Shown here piece by piece: positions 27,975 through 46,147 of a stretch of 64,000 nt of DNA. The stretch is from the human T2T-CHM13v2.0 reference genome, Homo sapiens. The notes under the pieces are model-generated. The model was not told the DNA's origin. It did not search any database and saw only the letters and a program-made list of their open reading frames with translations. Position 1 is the first letter of the stretch. Each line of letters begins with the position of its first letter. Made by a program: the position numbers and the translations under genes. The stretch is taken from the NCBI GenBank assembly GCA_009914755.4, contig CP068257.2, positions 26,880,001 through 26,944,000 of the forward strand, written 5' to 3'.

Positions 27975-28170
27975 TATTAGCCAGACCCTGTTTGAGGCAC
28001 TAATGACACAGAGTTGAAAGTCAAGTTTGAACCTCTCTTCTTAGGCATATAACTGTAGGCAAATTGTGTCAACTCTGGCCAGTTTTCACATTTAAAATAG
28101 AGATGATAATGCTGCCCACTTAATGGGTTTGCTCTAAGAATTAAATGATATTGTTTACGGTGCCCAGAAG
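27975..28170 (+). repeat. MIR SINE fragment
   Basis: ctgtaggcaaattgtgtcaactctggccagttttcacatttaaaatagagatgataatgctgcccacttaatgggtttgctctaagaattaaatgatattgtttacggtgcccag parallels MIR core ctgtgtgaccttgggcaagtcacttaacctctctgagcctcagtttcctcatctgtaaaatggggataataatacctacctcacagggttgttgtgaggattaaatgagataatgcatg. Confidence 0.45.
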
Positions 28171-31100
28171 GAAGGTAGGCCCACTGGCAGTCAGCGCACG
28201 TAATGGACCAAGGGGTCTTTGAAGAAAGAACATATCCAAGTACAGGCGATGAGCTTGTATTTGAGCACAATGGGGCAATGTTGAATGGCAGTATGGGAGG
28301 TGCTATCTGTGATCCTCCCACAGTCTGATGACAGGGCCAACACCAAAAGGTGTGATCTAATCAAGCACCAAGCGCCCACGCAAGGGTGCTGTCCAAACCA
28401 GAGACAGCCTATGGGGACTGCCAGTTAGCTCTGCCAAAAAACATCCTTCCTGTCCAAGTCTCCCCCAAGTCTCTAATAAGAAGAGCCACCTTGAAGCTTT
28501 GGACTCCAAGCATGGCTTTCCGGTACAACTTTAACACAGAAGTTTATATTCAATTACCTACAGATACCAAAATTATCATTACTATCATTATTAATAAACA
28601 TACAGTTAATTACAACAAGGTACGACAAATCTATAATAGACGTAGGCTAGGCTGCTATGGTTGATGAGAGTATAGAGGGAACAGCACTTCCCAAATTGGA
28701 GCAGAGGAAAGAAGGTTTATAGAAGGCACCCAGAGGAGAAAAAACTTGAATCAAGTCTTCAAGAATGAATATGAGTTATTCTGGAGAAGAAAGTATGTGT
28801 GTTTGGCAGGAAGTACAAATGCTTGGAGAAGACAAATTAAATAGCACATCCAAACTATGGGGATGTGAAAGAATGTGGAGTGTTGGTAGACTTATGAAAG
28901 GGTAGCATGGGCCAGGACATAACCTAAATGTGGGAGAATGGAGAGAAAGGATGCTGTTCAAATTATGGATGGCTTTGTGTACGATGTTGAATTGAGACAT
29001 TGTGTTCAATAATATAAGGAGACATAAAATGACTTTCAGGGTGGTGGATGGTGGGAGGTCATGATTATCTGTATTTTAGACTTTCTACTCAGAGAGTAGT
29101 GGGGAAGTTGACTGAAGGAGTTTAAGATTAGTAACCAGGAGAGCCCCATCATATCAATGCAGTAATCTCATGGGGAGTGGCAATGGCTAAAGTAGTAGCA
29201 GTAGCAAGGAAGGAAACAATTAGATACACACTTGAGAGGTAGAATTGGCACTTGAGACAACTGGCTGAAGAACAAGGAGAACTCTTCAAATATTACCAGG
29301 TCCCTGGCCTGGACAACTGAGTTGATGTGGCATTATCAAGCATGGGATGTAGAAGACCAGGGTCAGTTTGTTGATTATGTGTAGACTCTGAGATGTCTGT
29401 GGAACACTATTCCAATGAGACCTGGAGCTCCCTGTATATAGTGATATTTTCAAGTTGTGACAGATGTGTATTTTACCAACTGGATGATCTCCATGTCTCA
29501 TATTATCTTCCCCACATGATTCTTGTGAGTATGGGCCTCAAAAGGCACCTGGTGTGAGATTTAGAAGACAGAAGTGAAGTCGCATTGGATTATTTTTATG
29601 CTCCAGAGGTTGGAGCTGGGTATGAGATACAGTAACTACACAGTCAAGTTCTACCTGCCAACTCACCTTGGTGGCAACATTCAGCCTCATTCCTGTATAA
29701 TCCTCTGTTCCTGCTGTAGCTCCTTCTTCAGCATCTCTTGGGCTGGGTGAATAAAAAAGGGGACTGGCTTCTACAGGACACCCATGTTATCAAGGGTTAC
29801 TTCTTAGTAAGAGACTGACGTGTGTTCCAGTTCATCTTCATAAGCCAACTCATCCAGAAGGTCCCAGTTTTTCCTCCTGGGTTCTAGCTCAGACTGTCAG
29901 GTTCCACTTTGTCCATGGTTTCTTTCTTAAATGCCTGCTGTGAAGACTTCAGGCTGATATAGAAGAAAAGAGCCTCCCATATTACTATTGAATTGCCTCC
30001 CAAAACTGCAAAAGGTCAAGTCTCTATGGATAATCCTTACTGGTTCTTCTACTCTGATTGAAGCCTGACTGACACAACAAATGTGATTTTTATAAACCTC
30101 TTTTTCATTGTATACAGCTTGGTATACATAGTCCAACTATCCAGACACTTTGGTCCCTGGGACCAAAGGTTAGCAGTTTTAGAATTCCATCAGTCTAGCA
30201 CCCTGCTGTTCAGTTAGCATTAAGCCAGTGGCCCATCTCCTCAAGCTCAGAAATCATGTGTACAATAGATTGAAAATCTAAAGCAGGGGTTGGCCTGCAT
30301 TTTCTGTGAAGTGCCTAATAGTAAATATTTTAGGATTTGTAGCCCATAAAGTCTTTATTGCAACTATTCTGCTTGCAATATTGAATAACAAGCAGCCATA
30401 GAAAATATAGAAATTTTAAAATATGGCTGTGTCACAATAAAACTTTACTTACAAAAACAAACAGTACAGATTTGGCCTATAGACCATGATTTGACAATGC
30501 CTAATTTAGACAAAATAGTATAAGTTCTTTATCATAAAAGTACATTTAAAATGTTCACAAATACATTTAACATTGAGAAAAAAAATCATTTCAAGGTCAG
30601 ACAGCCTGAGATCTAATCACAGCTCTGCTACTCTCTGATGCTCCATTTTCTCATTTTAAATAGAGGCAAGAAAGTAAGTGCAGTGTTTTAAAATATATCC
30701 ACAAGTTTATTGACATGCTGTCTTTTGAAAGGCAACATATAATTCCCTTTCCCCTGAATATGGACAGGACATAATGACTCTAAATGAATAGAAAGTTGCA
30801 GAAGGTGTATTTGCATAATTCCGAAGGCTAAGTTAGAAAAAAAGATGATTCAGCTTCAACTTGACTCCCTCTCAGGATAATCACACATAAAACACAACAG
30901 CCAAGCTGTGAGAAACCCAAGTGGCCAAACAGAAAGGCATGTCGAGATGTTTTGACCAAAGGCCCCACCAGAGGTCCCAGCCAACAGCTAGCATCATCTG
31001 CCAGACATGCAAGTGATTGGGCCACAGATGATTCCAGTCCCCAACTTTTGGGATAATACAATTGATGCCAAATAGAGCAGAAATATTTGTCTACACAAAC

Positions 31101-32159
31101 CTCACATAGATTGCAGAAACTTAAGTAAAATAAATTTTGTCATTATCTGAAACCACTAAGTTTTGGGGTCATTTGTTACATAGCAATAGATTGCCAGAAC
31201 AAAAGGATTCCCAGAGACTCCTCACTTATTACAATAAGATAATTTTGTGGGAATCTCCCTAATCTATTGACCTGCTCACTTGGATCTTCGTACCAAAGAC
31301 AATATATGTGTGCACTTGACCATTGAAGAAAGCTTCTCAACCATCAAGGAGAAGTCTGAGAAAACAAGCCAGAATACCATCAAAAGCCACAGAGAGAATT
31401 TAAGAGGCTGAACCTAATGATCCAACCTGGAATTTGACCAAAACTCTAGGCTTGACACTTCCAGCTCTTTTTAAAACGATGTCATGGGACTTTCAACAAC
31501 CAGCCTAGATCAGGACTACAGCTGGCCAAACCATCTTTATGTGAAATGGAACACCACTGCAGAAAAATAGGCCAGTGAATTTTGAACTACAAAGTTTGGG
31601 CTTTAATTTATTTTGAGCAGAATTCTTTTCAACAGAAATGTAAACCAATTTTAAAAGTTGGCTTCTAAGAGACATGAATGGCTACAGGTCAGTTACAATT
31701 GGTTAATTTAAGGTTCATTCTTAAGTTCAACATTATAAGATGGAGTATAGGAAACAGAATGCCTACACTTTTTGATCTAAATATTGGGATAAAAACCTCT
31801 ATGGCTAGAATAATTCTTTCATAAAGACAAAGATGATACTAAGAATAAAAGAGAAAAAAGAGAATAAGCCTAGAAACACGGGATTGTAGTTTGATGATAT
31901 GATGTGTGGATGGTGGGTATGAAAAGAGAAGCCCTCGGTTGTGTAAGTGAGTAGGTGTGAGTGAATATAAATATTGAAATTAAAGAACAGGCCTTACAGA
32001 GAATGGAATATGAGAAAATTCTTCAATTACATTTCTTTGCAGCACCTTCTTTCTTTCCCAAAACTATGTGCTTTAGTGACACTGACCTACTTACTCATTC
32101 TTCAGTTTGCCATTTTTTCCAAAATGATATAACTTTGCTACTCTAGGCTCTTTCATAGA

Positions 32160-32350
32160 ATGTTCCCAGAGCAGTGCTTTGAAGTAGAGGAAACATGGAG
32201 TCATGCAACCATGGATTCAGAGGTCACATCTGCCTCTATCAAACTGTGTAAACTTGAGCCTTTGTTATTTACGACCATTAATTTCAAAACCTGTAAAATG
32301 GGGATAAGATATCCAGCCATATGGTGATCATAGGGTTCAAGTAAGGCAAT
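32160..32350 (+). repeat. MIR SINE fragment
   Basis: ...ctgtgtaaacttgagcctttgttatttacgaccattaatttcaaaacctgtaaaatggggataagatatccagccat...; cctgtaaaatggggataa is the MIR core hallmark. Confidence 0.45.
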
Positions 32351-34189
32351 ATTCATGAAACACTGACCACAATATCACAAGACAACATGTAGGACAAGTT
32401 TAGTAAAGATTAATCTTCCCAGAGCCCCCAATTTACTACTCCGTGACTTCTACTTAGGCTTCACAGTCCGATGCAGTGTCACCTCCTCCATGCAGTCCTT
32501 GCCAAAGCCCCCAAGCAAAATTTGGTATCTTTCTCCAAGCTGTCAAAGCATCTTAGTCATATTGTATGGTCTTAGTATGATTACATGTCTATCTACCCCA
32601 TGTGGATTTGGACTTTATCAATTTCTTGTGTTTCGTACCTTCATCATGATAGTCTAGGGATTTCTGTTTTGTAACAAAGGCATTCATCAAGATGACATTT
32701 ACAAAAATTAGTATGTACTATCTGAGAATGTTGAAATGTGGATTACTCAGTTCTTGGAAGTGTGTTAGCCTGCACTGCAGAGACCATCACTCTCTCTCTC
32801 CTCTGGTTCCCGTTTGCCCAGCTATCACCCTTAATTGATTTATGGGGGACCCTGCTCTTCTTTATGACCTTGCCTCTCATGTTCTCTCAAGTTAGTTTCT
32901 TTTTGTAAAACTATACCTTTGCTAATGAAATACCACCAATGGACGCTATAAGGTACTCTTGAAACATGTAATACAACACATTATATACTGCCCAAAGGGG
33001 TAGTACTAACTACAAAGGATGAAAAAACTACGACTACTGTAAAAGTTTACTTTTAGGAATGTGTTTTTTCTCCTTATGTTTTAATCTCAAAAAAGGTTTA
33101 CACTCCGATCCCTTTATTTCAATCTACATATTCTTAAACTGCTAAATGTCTAGAAATAATTATAATACAACTAATGTTTACTCAGTATTTACTATGGCAC
33201 AACACCAGAAAAGCTTTTTATGTGTCATCTCATTTTATTGCTATGGCAAACTTACAGGAGAGATATTATCATTATGCCAATTTCACAGATGAGGAAGTTA
33301 AACCATCATTAGACTAATTCTAATTTTAAAAGCCTAGTTTGCACATTATGCACTATTTATACATGGACTTATATATTGACAGAATTAGCTACCTCCTAGG
33401 GTTTATGATATTTTCATTATTTTCTTTTCTAACATTTAGGTACATAAAGAGCCTATGTTAAGATTTTTCTAGCTATAAATAAAGCAGCTTTGTTTATATG
33501 ATTGCCTTCTGTCATTTGACAGGAATGCATATAAATAGGAAACCAAGTAAATACATTTTATTAAAAATAGGAAGCAGACAAAGAAAAAGTCAAAAAGTTC
33601 AGGATGGATGCTTCTTACTGCAGGCACTGAAGGGGAGGAACTGTGGCAGTCAAAGGGTTACACAAGAACTTACAACTTCCTGAGCAGTTGAAATAATCAA
33701 AAAGAAACAGAAGCTATCCTAATAGTAACATTTATTTACTTTTACCAAAGTAGTAGGTGTCTAAGATCTACAGTAAGCTACTGATTTTTGCATTTACTCT
33801 ACTGATTTCCTTGTAATAAACAGAAAACTGATCAAAGGCAGCCTTCTCAAATTACTTATATTTATTACAAGATTATTCTACCATAACAAACAAATCTCCA
33901 AAATAGAAAAATTTGATTTTTGTGGACCAAATGTTGTTATTTATACACATTCATTCTCCTCGACAGGCATATTCCTTTAGGTTACAGGTAAAAGCCCTTA
34001 GGTGAGTGCCTATCATGGTCCATTAATGTCTTAGGCCATTTGGGCTGCTATAACAAAGTACCATAAACTAAGTGGCTTATAAACAACATAAATTTATTTC
34101 TCAAAGTTCTGGAGGCTATGAAACATAAAGCCTTCTGTTGCCAGCAGATTCAGTGTTTGATGAAGGCTGAATTTCTGGCTCATACACAG

Positions 34190-34555
34190 TAATATGGTTT
34201 GGTTCTCTGTCCCCCCAAAATCTCATCTCAAATTGTAATCCTATGCCAAGGAAGGGACCTGGTGGGAAGTGATTGGATCATAGGGGCAGTTTCCCCACGC
34301 TGTTCTCATGATTGTGAGTTCTCACAAGATCTGATTGTTTAAAAGTATTTAGCAGCTCCTCTATCACTCACTCTCTCTCCTGCTGCCTTGTGAAGAAGGT
34401 GCCGGCTTCCCCTTCACCTTCTGCCATGATTGTAAGTTTCCTGAGGCTTCCCCAGCCATGCGGAAATGTGAGTCAAACCTCTTTTGTTTATAAATTACCC
34501 AGTCTCAGGTAGTTCTTTATAGCAATGTGAAAATAGACTAACACACACAGCATCT
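34190..34555 (+). mobile_element. MaLR solo LTR (THE1/MST-like)
   Basis: atatggtttggttctctgtccccccaaaatctcatctcaaattgtaatcctatgccaaggaagggacctggtgggaagtgattggatcatagggg...ttgtttataaattacccagtctcaggtagttctttatagcaatgtgaaaatagactaacacacac. Confidence 0.6.
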
Positions 34556-34559
34556 TCTT

Positions 34560-34770
34560 ACTGTGTCTTCACCTGGTTAAAAGGGTGAGGGGTCTGTCTC
34601 AGACCTCTTTTATAAGGGCATTGATCCCATTCATAAAAGCTATGTACCCATGACCTAATCACCTCCCACAGCGCCCCCCCTCCTCCCAGTCCTAATATCA
34701 TCACCTTGGGGATTAGGATTTCAACATATAAATTTGGGGGAACAAACATTGAGACCACAGCAGATAGCAG
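34560..34770 (+). repeat. MLT1-like LTR 3' fragment immediately downstream of the THE1-like LTR
   Basis: ataagggcattgatcccattcataaaagctatgtacccatgacctaatcacctcccacagcgcc..cctaatatcatcaccttggggattaggatttcaacatataaatttgggggaacaaacattgagaccacagca ~ MLT1 ...taagggcactaatcccattcatgagggctccaccctcatgacctaatcacctcccaaaggccccacctcctaataccatcacattggggattaggtttcaacatatgaattttggggggacacaaacattcagaccatagca. Confidence 0.45.
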
Positions 34771-35459
34771 TGTCTTGGGGGGATAATGACTTGGGGCCCT
34801 TTTTACCATATATCAAATGGATGCTTTCTCCCTGGTAGCTTCCTAGGCCATTGCTCTAGATTGAATCCAATAAGAAATCTCTCATGAGAGCAAATTCCAA
34901 AAAGCAGACCTTCCGGAAGGAGGACAGAAGAGAGAGAGCATACCTGTGCATGTTTCAGTGGGAGCAATTGCCATGGAGTGTAAGAAAAAAGAGATCTTAT
35001 ACCCCTGTATTCTGATTAGTTCCTCCAGGAATTTTTCTGTTCACATCCTTGATAAGATGGCTTGCACACAAATTATAAAACAACAACATATTGTTTGTAG
35101 ATATGATTAGTGCCTATGTTGGTTCTATTATCCTACCAAAACTAGCCTTTATAGTCATGCAAATAAGGTATCCCTAATATACTGATGTTAATAAATTTAG
35201 TGGTGTTGATTAGTGGTATGGCCAGAAGTGGACTTAGAATCATAATTCATGCATTCAAACACTCGGCAATTTTGCAGTGAAACACTATGTTGCAGTAAAA
35301 GGCATCATTTTTGAGATCAGAGAGTCCTAGACTTAAATACAGCCTTTGATATTTATAAGATACATCAAAATAATTAACCTCTTTGCATCTTATTTTCCAT
35401 CCATTTAAACCAATAATAGTAATATTTTCCCTGAAATACTATTTTGAGAATTAGAGATA

Positions 35460-36560
35460 AGTGCTACAAAATTCATGATGCTCACATTTGGAACATAATA
35501 AAAAATTATTAAAATTATTGTAAAAGAAAAAATACAACAGAGAAAACCAAAACACAAATGGATTTAAATGATTAACAAAAACCGATAAATGACTAAAAAG
35601 ATTCTTTTAAAAAGGAAGGACACATTAATAACCAATTACCAATATCAGAAATAAATGTGACAATATCACTATATATCTTACATACATCCAAAGGCTAATA
35701 AGAAAATATTTTCAGCAAATTTATACCAATAAATTTGATAATTGAAACAAAAATTTTCTTGAAATAACACAATTCCCCAAAAGTGACACAAAAAGAGACA
35801 ATGTGAATAGCATTAAATAAATTGAGGTCATAATCTAAAACTTTTCCACAATGGCACAAGAAAGCTTCAAATCAAGATGGCTTCACTGATGGATTCTATC
35901 AAACATTTACAATCAGTTTTATATAAACTCAGAATATAGGAAATAAGGGACTACTTCCCAAATGATGTTATGAGATCAGCAGGACTCTGATGCCAAAATA
36001 TAATTAGGGCATTATAAGAAAAGAAATTACAGATGAATATCTCTCATGAAAATAAATGTAAATATTCTTATCAAGTATTTAAGTCAGATCAGCAATATAT
36101 AAGAGGCTAATACCTTATGATCAAGTATTCAATATTTTACATTTGTAAATCAGTCAACATAACTGATTAACAGTATAAAAGAGAAAAATCTTATGAACAT
36201 TTCAGTGTATGCAGAAAACATTTTTGACAAAATTTAACATTAATTCAGGATTTTAAAAAATCTCTTAGCAAACTATAACTACAGAGTAACTAAATCAATC
36301 TGACAACAGGCATCTGCAAAGAAACCTACAGCTAACATATTTCTTAATGGTGAAATAGTGAACCCTTTCCCAGATCAAAGATGTCTACTTTCACCACTTC
36401 TATTTAATATCATATGTAGGTCCTGCTGAAGAAATAAGGTTGTTAAAAAGAAGCAAAGTAATAAAGGTTGAAAAGAAGGAAACACAAATGTATTATGAGA
36501 CTATATGATTATATACATAGAAAATCCTAATGAATAGTATTGATATTCAGAATATCCCTA
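35460..36560 (+). repeat. Ancient L1M ORF2 (reverse-transcriptase region) fragment
   Basis: Frame translation gives degenerate RT motifs, e.g. ...[22 protein letters not shown]... ~ L1 ...[32 protein letters not shown]...; many stops, high divergence. Confidence 0.4.
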
Positions 36561-38722
36561 ATGTCAAATTAATTATGTGCCTAGAAGCAAGAATAACATC
36601 CGTTCATTTCCAATGCATTTTACCAATTACCATATTCATCAATAAATTACACATTATATTTGACCATTATGTGTACCTATGAATAGAGGAAGAATATTAA
36701 TTCAGGAATAAAACATATGTTGAGTATTATGTTCCATACCTACCATCACAATTAGTCCCTGCCCTCAAAGAGTTTACAGTCTTGTGAAATCCAAGACTTA
36801 ATATGGGACTTAGATAACATTTACATTTTACAGTTAAATTCACAATTAATATGCATGATGGTTCTATTTTCCATGAGTCACAACTTACCGGTCAGCCTCT
36901 GCTGTTATTGTCACAGGTAAGTCAATTGTCCCCATGGCCATTTACTAGTCAGATGGGATAATAAAAACTAAATCTGAGATGTGACAAGTCTTGGGTAGAG
37001 TACAATGTATGGTCCTCTCTACCTCATGCTATAATCACACTATTGCACTACAGCCTGATACCTTGTCCCTATTAAAAAAATTAAGAAAGATAACTTAGAG
37101 GGTTCTACTTCTTAAACTCTACAGTTTGTTTGCAGGTTTCTAATAAGCTAAGCAAGTTTGAATAATGACATTTGAGCTCTCTGATTTTTCCTTGATGTAA
37201 TTTTCCCATCAATTAAAAAATGATTATGAGAGTGGGCCATAATATGTAGCCAACTGGAGTTTCAGAAAACTTAGCATGTGTTAATGTTTGAGAATCTCAT
37301 TTATTTTTTATTAACCCCTCAAGAACAGAGAAAATCTTATAAATCCTGCCAGAAAATATCAGAAGTTTGGACCATTTTAGATGGTGGTAACTGCCCTAGT
37401 GGCTTTTAATTAGCCATATTGTGCCTACCATTTAGAACGTTTATTTTTGCTCTTGGAAGATTTTCAGAAACAATTAATAAGAGCCAAACCATTTATAGAT
37501 GCACATAACCAAACCAAAATCAGAGTATTCACAAACATGTTAACCCAAGTATGCAGATCAAACAAAACATTAAACTAGGCACACAGAACCAAAGTGCATA
37601 GATGGGGGGACCTCTCCCCAAGCCAAGGGAAGCAGTGAGGGACTGTGCTACCCACCAGGGGTACTACACTTTTTCCACAGATTTTTGCAATCCATGGATC
37701 AGGAGATTCCCTCATGAGCCTACACCACCAGGGCCCTGAGTCTCAAGCACAAAACCAGGCGGCTGCTCAGGCAGGCACTGAGCTGCAGGAGTTTTTACCT
37801 ACTGCAGTGGCACCTGAAACTCCAGCAAGACAAGAGAACCATCCACTCCCATGGAAACGGGGCTGAAGCCAGGGAGCCAAGCAGTCTCGCTCAGTGGGTC
37901 CCACCCCCATGGAGTCCAGCAAGCTAAGAACTACTGGCTTGAAATTCTCACTGCCAGCACAGAAATCTGGAGTCTTCCTGGGATGTCCGAGTTCCCAGGG
38001 GGAGGGGTGACCACAATTACTGTGGCTCTAGTCAGTGGTTTTCCTCTGACAGTGCTAAGGAGACTGGGAGGTTTAGACTGGGTGGAATTCCCCACAGCAC
38101 AGCAAAATGGCTGTGGCCAGACTGCTTCTCTAGATCCTTCATACCTGGAAGGAGGAAGTCCAGCAGCTCCAGGGGCTTACAGACAGAACTCTCATCTCCC
38201 TCGGACAGAGCGCCTGGGGGGAGGTGCTGCCGTGGCCTCAGGTTCAAAGGGCTTAATCTTTTCTGCCTGCCGGCTCTGAAGAGAACGGCTGATTCTGATT
38301 AGGTGGATTCGCCCAGCATAGCACACCAGCTCTGCTAAGGGAGAGACTGCCTCCTCAAGTGGGTCCCTGATCCCATGCCTCCTGACTGGGTGAGACCTCC
38401 CAACAGGGGTGGACAGACACCTCATACAGGAGAGCTCCAGCTGGCATCATGTCTGTGCCCTTCTGGGACAAGCTTCTGCAGAAGAAGCAGGTGGCAATCT
38501 TTGCTATTCTGCAGCTTCCACTGGTGATACCCAGGTGAACAGGATCTGGAGTGAACCCCCAGCAAACCGCAGCAGACTTGCAGAAGAGGGGCCTGTTAGA
38601 AGAAAAACAAACAAACAGAAAGCAACAACAACAACCACATCAACAAAAAAAGACCCCATAAAAACCCCACTTTGGATTTCCGTAACCTCACAGAAATCCA
38701 AAGGTCAACAGCCAGCCTCAAA

Positions 38723-39607
38723 GATCAAAGGTAGATGAATCCACAAAGATAAGAAAAAAACAGCACAAAAATGCTGAAAATCCCAAAAGCCAGAATGCCT
38801 CTTTTCCTCCAAATCATCACAACACTTCTCCAGCAAGGGCACTAAATAGGGCTGAAGCTGAGATGGATGAACTGACAGAAGTGGCTTCAGAAAGGGGGTA
38901 ATAATAAATTTCACTAAGCTAAAGTATTATGTTCTAACCCAATGTAAGGAAGCTAAGAAACATGATAAAAGATTACAGGAGCTGTTAACTAGAAAAACCA
39001 GTTTCAAGAGGAACATAAATGACTTAATGGAGCTGAAAAACACAGCAGGATAACTTCGTGATGCAAACACAACTATCAATAGCCAAATCAACCAAGTGGA
39101 AGAGAGAATATCAGAGCTTGAAGACAATCTTGCTGAAATAAGGCAGGCAGACAAGATTAGAGAAAAAAGAATGAAAAGTTGTGAACAAAACCTCAAGAAC
39201 TGTGGGGCCATGTTAAAAGACCAAACTTACGACTGATTGGAGTACCTGGAAGAGATGGGGAGAATGGAAAAAAGTTGGAAAACACATTTCAGGACATCAC
39301 TCAGGAGAACTTCCCCAACCTAGCAGAACAGGTCAATATTCAAATTCAGGAAATCCAGAGAACCCCAATAAGATACTCCACAAAAAGGTCTACCACAGCA
39401 GAACTCTCAGTGGAAACCCCACAAGCCAGAAGAGATTGGGGGCCAATATTCAACATTCTTAAAAAAAAGAAGTTCCAACCTAGAATTTCATATCTGACTA
39501 AACTAAGTTTTATAAGCAAAAGAGAAATAAAATCTTTTTCAGACAAGCAAATGCTGAGGGATTTTGCCAGCACCAAGCCTGCCTTGCAAGAGCTCCTGAA
39601 GTAAACA
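38723..39607 (+). pseudogene. L1 ORF1 (RNA-binding protein) remnant: start codon mutated (ATG to ATA), multiple stops and frameshifts
   Basis: ccacaaagataagaaaaaaacagcac vs L1 ccacaaagATGGGGAAAAAACAGAAC; track ORF 39275-39604 translates to ...QENFPNLAEQVNIQIQEIQRTPIRYS...RRDWGPIFNILKKKKFQPRISYLTKLSFISKREIKSFSDKQMLRDFASTKPALQELLK, matching the L1 ORF1p C-terminal half. Confidence 0.75.
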
Positions 39608-39723
39608 CTAAACATGGATAGAAAAAAACGTTACTAGCCGCTGCAAAACACACTGAAGTAAACAGAGCAATGACACTATGAAACAACTACATTAACAAGT
39701 CTGCAAAATTAACCAGCCAGCAT

Positions 39724-43880
<4,157 letters not shown>

Positions 43881-46132
43881 CTGAACAATGAGGACACATG
43901 GACACAGGAAGGGGAACAACACTTTTACTGGGCCTGTCAGAGGAGGGAGGTGGGGAAGAAAGCAATAGGGAAAAGAGCTAATGCATGCTGGGCTTAATAG
44001 GTAGGTGACGGGTTGATAGTTGCAGCAAACCACCATGGCACATGTTTTTCTATGTAACAAACATGCACATCCTGCACATGTACCCTGGAACTTAAAAAAT
44101 ACAAATAAAATACTTATTTTTAAAAAAAGACAGAGTTGCCAGTGGCATTTAAAAAAAAAAAATTCATTCATCTGCTGTCTTCAAGAGATCCACTTCACAT
44201 GTAATGACACACAGGCTCAAAGTAAAGGGTTGCAGAAAGATCTACCATGCAAACGGCAAACAAAAAAGAGCAGGGGATGCTATTTTTATATCGGATGAAG
44301 GAGATTTTCAAACTAACAACAGTAAAAAAGAACAAAGAAGGACATTACATAATGATAAAGGGTTGAATTCAAAAGACTAACCTATCCTAAATATATATGC
44401 GCCCAACACTGGAGCACCTAGATTCATAAAACAAATTCTTGGAGACTTATTAAGAGACACCAATAACCACACAATAATACTGGGAGATTTCAACACCCCA
44501 CTACAATTTTAGACAGATCACCAAGGCAGAATACTAACAAAGATATTCAGGACCTAAACTTGACACTTGACCAAATGCATCTAATGACATCTACAAAACA
44601 CTCCACCCAACAAAAACAGAATATATATTCTTCTCATGTGCAAATGGCACATACTCTAAAATTGACCACATGCTCGGCCATAAATCAAGTCTCAAAAAAG
44701 TCAAAAAACTTTCAAAATCATACGAACCACACTCTTGAACCACAGGACAATAAAAATAGAAACCAATACCAAAAAAGCTCTCTCAGAACCATGCAGTTAT
44801 ATGGAAATTAAACAATATACTCCTGAATGACTTTTGGGTAAATAGTGAAATTATGACAGAAATCAAGAACTAATGAAACTGATGAAAACAAGATACAACA
44901 TACCAGAATCTCTGAGACACCGCTAAAGTAGTGATAAGAGGAAGTTTAGAGTGCTAAATGCCCACATCAAAAAATTGAAAAGATCTTAAATTAGCAACCT
45001 AACATGACACATAGAGGAAACAGAATAAAAAGAGCAAACCAATTCCAAAGCTAGCAGAATAAAAGATATAATCAAAATCAGAGCTGAACTGAATGAAATG
45101 AAGATGAGAAAAAACATGATATTCCAAAGATCAGAATGAAACCAAAAGTTAATTTTTTAAAGAATAAATAAGATTTATAGACTTATAACTAGACTAATAA
45201 AGAAAAAAGGGAGAAGATCCAAATAAACACAATCAGAAATGACAAAGGGAGCATTACCATTGATCCCACAAAAATACAAAAAAAAAAAAAACCCTCAGAG
45301 ACCATTAGGAACACTTTTATGCACACAAACTAGAAAACCTAGAAGAAATAGATAAATTCCTGGAAACATACAACCTCTTAAGATAAAACCAGGAAGAAAC
45401 TGAATACCTGAACAGACCAATAACAAATTCTGAAATTGAATCAGTAATAAACAGCCTACCAAGCAAAAAAAAAAAAAAAAAAGCCCCCGGACCAGAACGA
45501 TTCACAGCCAAATTCTACCAGATGTATACAGAAGAACTGGCACCAGTCCTATTGAAATTATAAAATATTGAAAGGGAGAGACTCCTCTCTAACTCATTCT
45601 ATGAGGCCAGAATCATTTTGATACCAAAATCTAGCAGAGACACCACAAAAAAAAAAATTTAGGCCAATGTGCCTAATGAACATAGATGCACAAATCCTCA
45701 ACAAAATGCTAGCAAACCAAATCCAGCAGCACATCAAAAAGCTAATCCACCAACATCAAGTAGGCCTTATTTCTGGGGTGCAAGGTTGGTCCAACATATG
45801 CAAATCAACACATGTTATTCACTACATAAACACAACTGAAAACAAAAAACATATGATCATCTGAAATACATACAGAATAGGCTTTTTCTAAACTTAACAT
45901 CCCTTCATGTTGAAAATTCTGAACAAACTAGGCATGAAGGTACATACCTCAAAATAATAAAAGCTATCTATGACAAATTCACAGCCAACATCATACTGAA
46001 CAGGCAAAAGCTGGAAACGTTCCCCTTGAGAACTGGGACAAGATAAGGATGTCTGCTCTCACCACTCCTATTCAACATAATACTGGAAGTTCTAGCCAGA
46101 GAAGTGAGGCAAGAGAAAGAAATAAAAAGCAT

Positions 46133-46147
46133 GAAAATAGGAAGAGA
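46133..46147 (+). repeat. Target-site duplication, 5' copy (gaaaataggaagaga) of the SVA insertion
   Basis: Identical 15-mer recurs at 47971-47985; L1 ORF2 reading (..KSMKIGRE | ..IGKEEIQTISL..) is continuous across the insertion when one TSD copy is removed. Confidence 0.85.

Noticed and set aside
37851-38279. 142-aa ORF (plus strand) and overlapping minus-strand ORFs
   Set aside because: Located inside the GC-rich L1 5'UTR. No codon-usage support and no homology to a cellular protein recognisable. Old-L1 5'UTRs commonly yield spurious ORFs.
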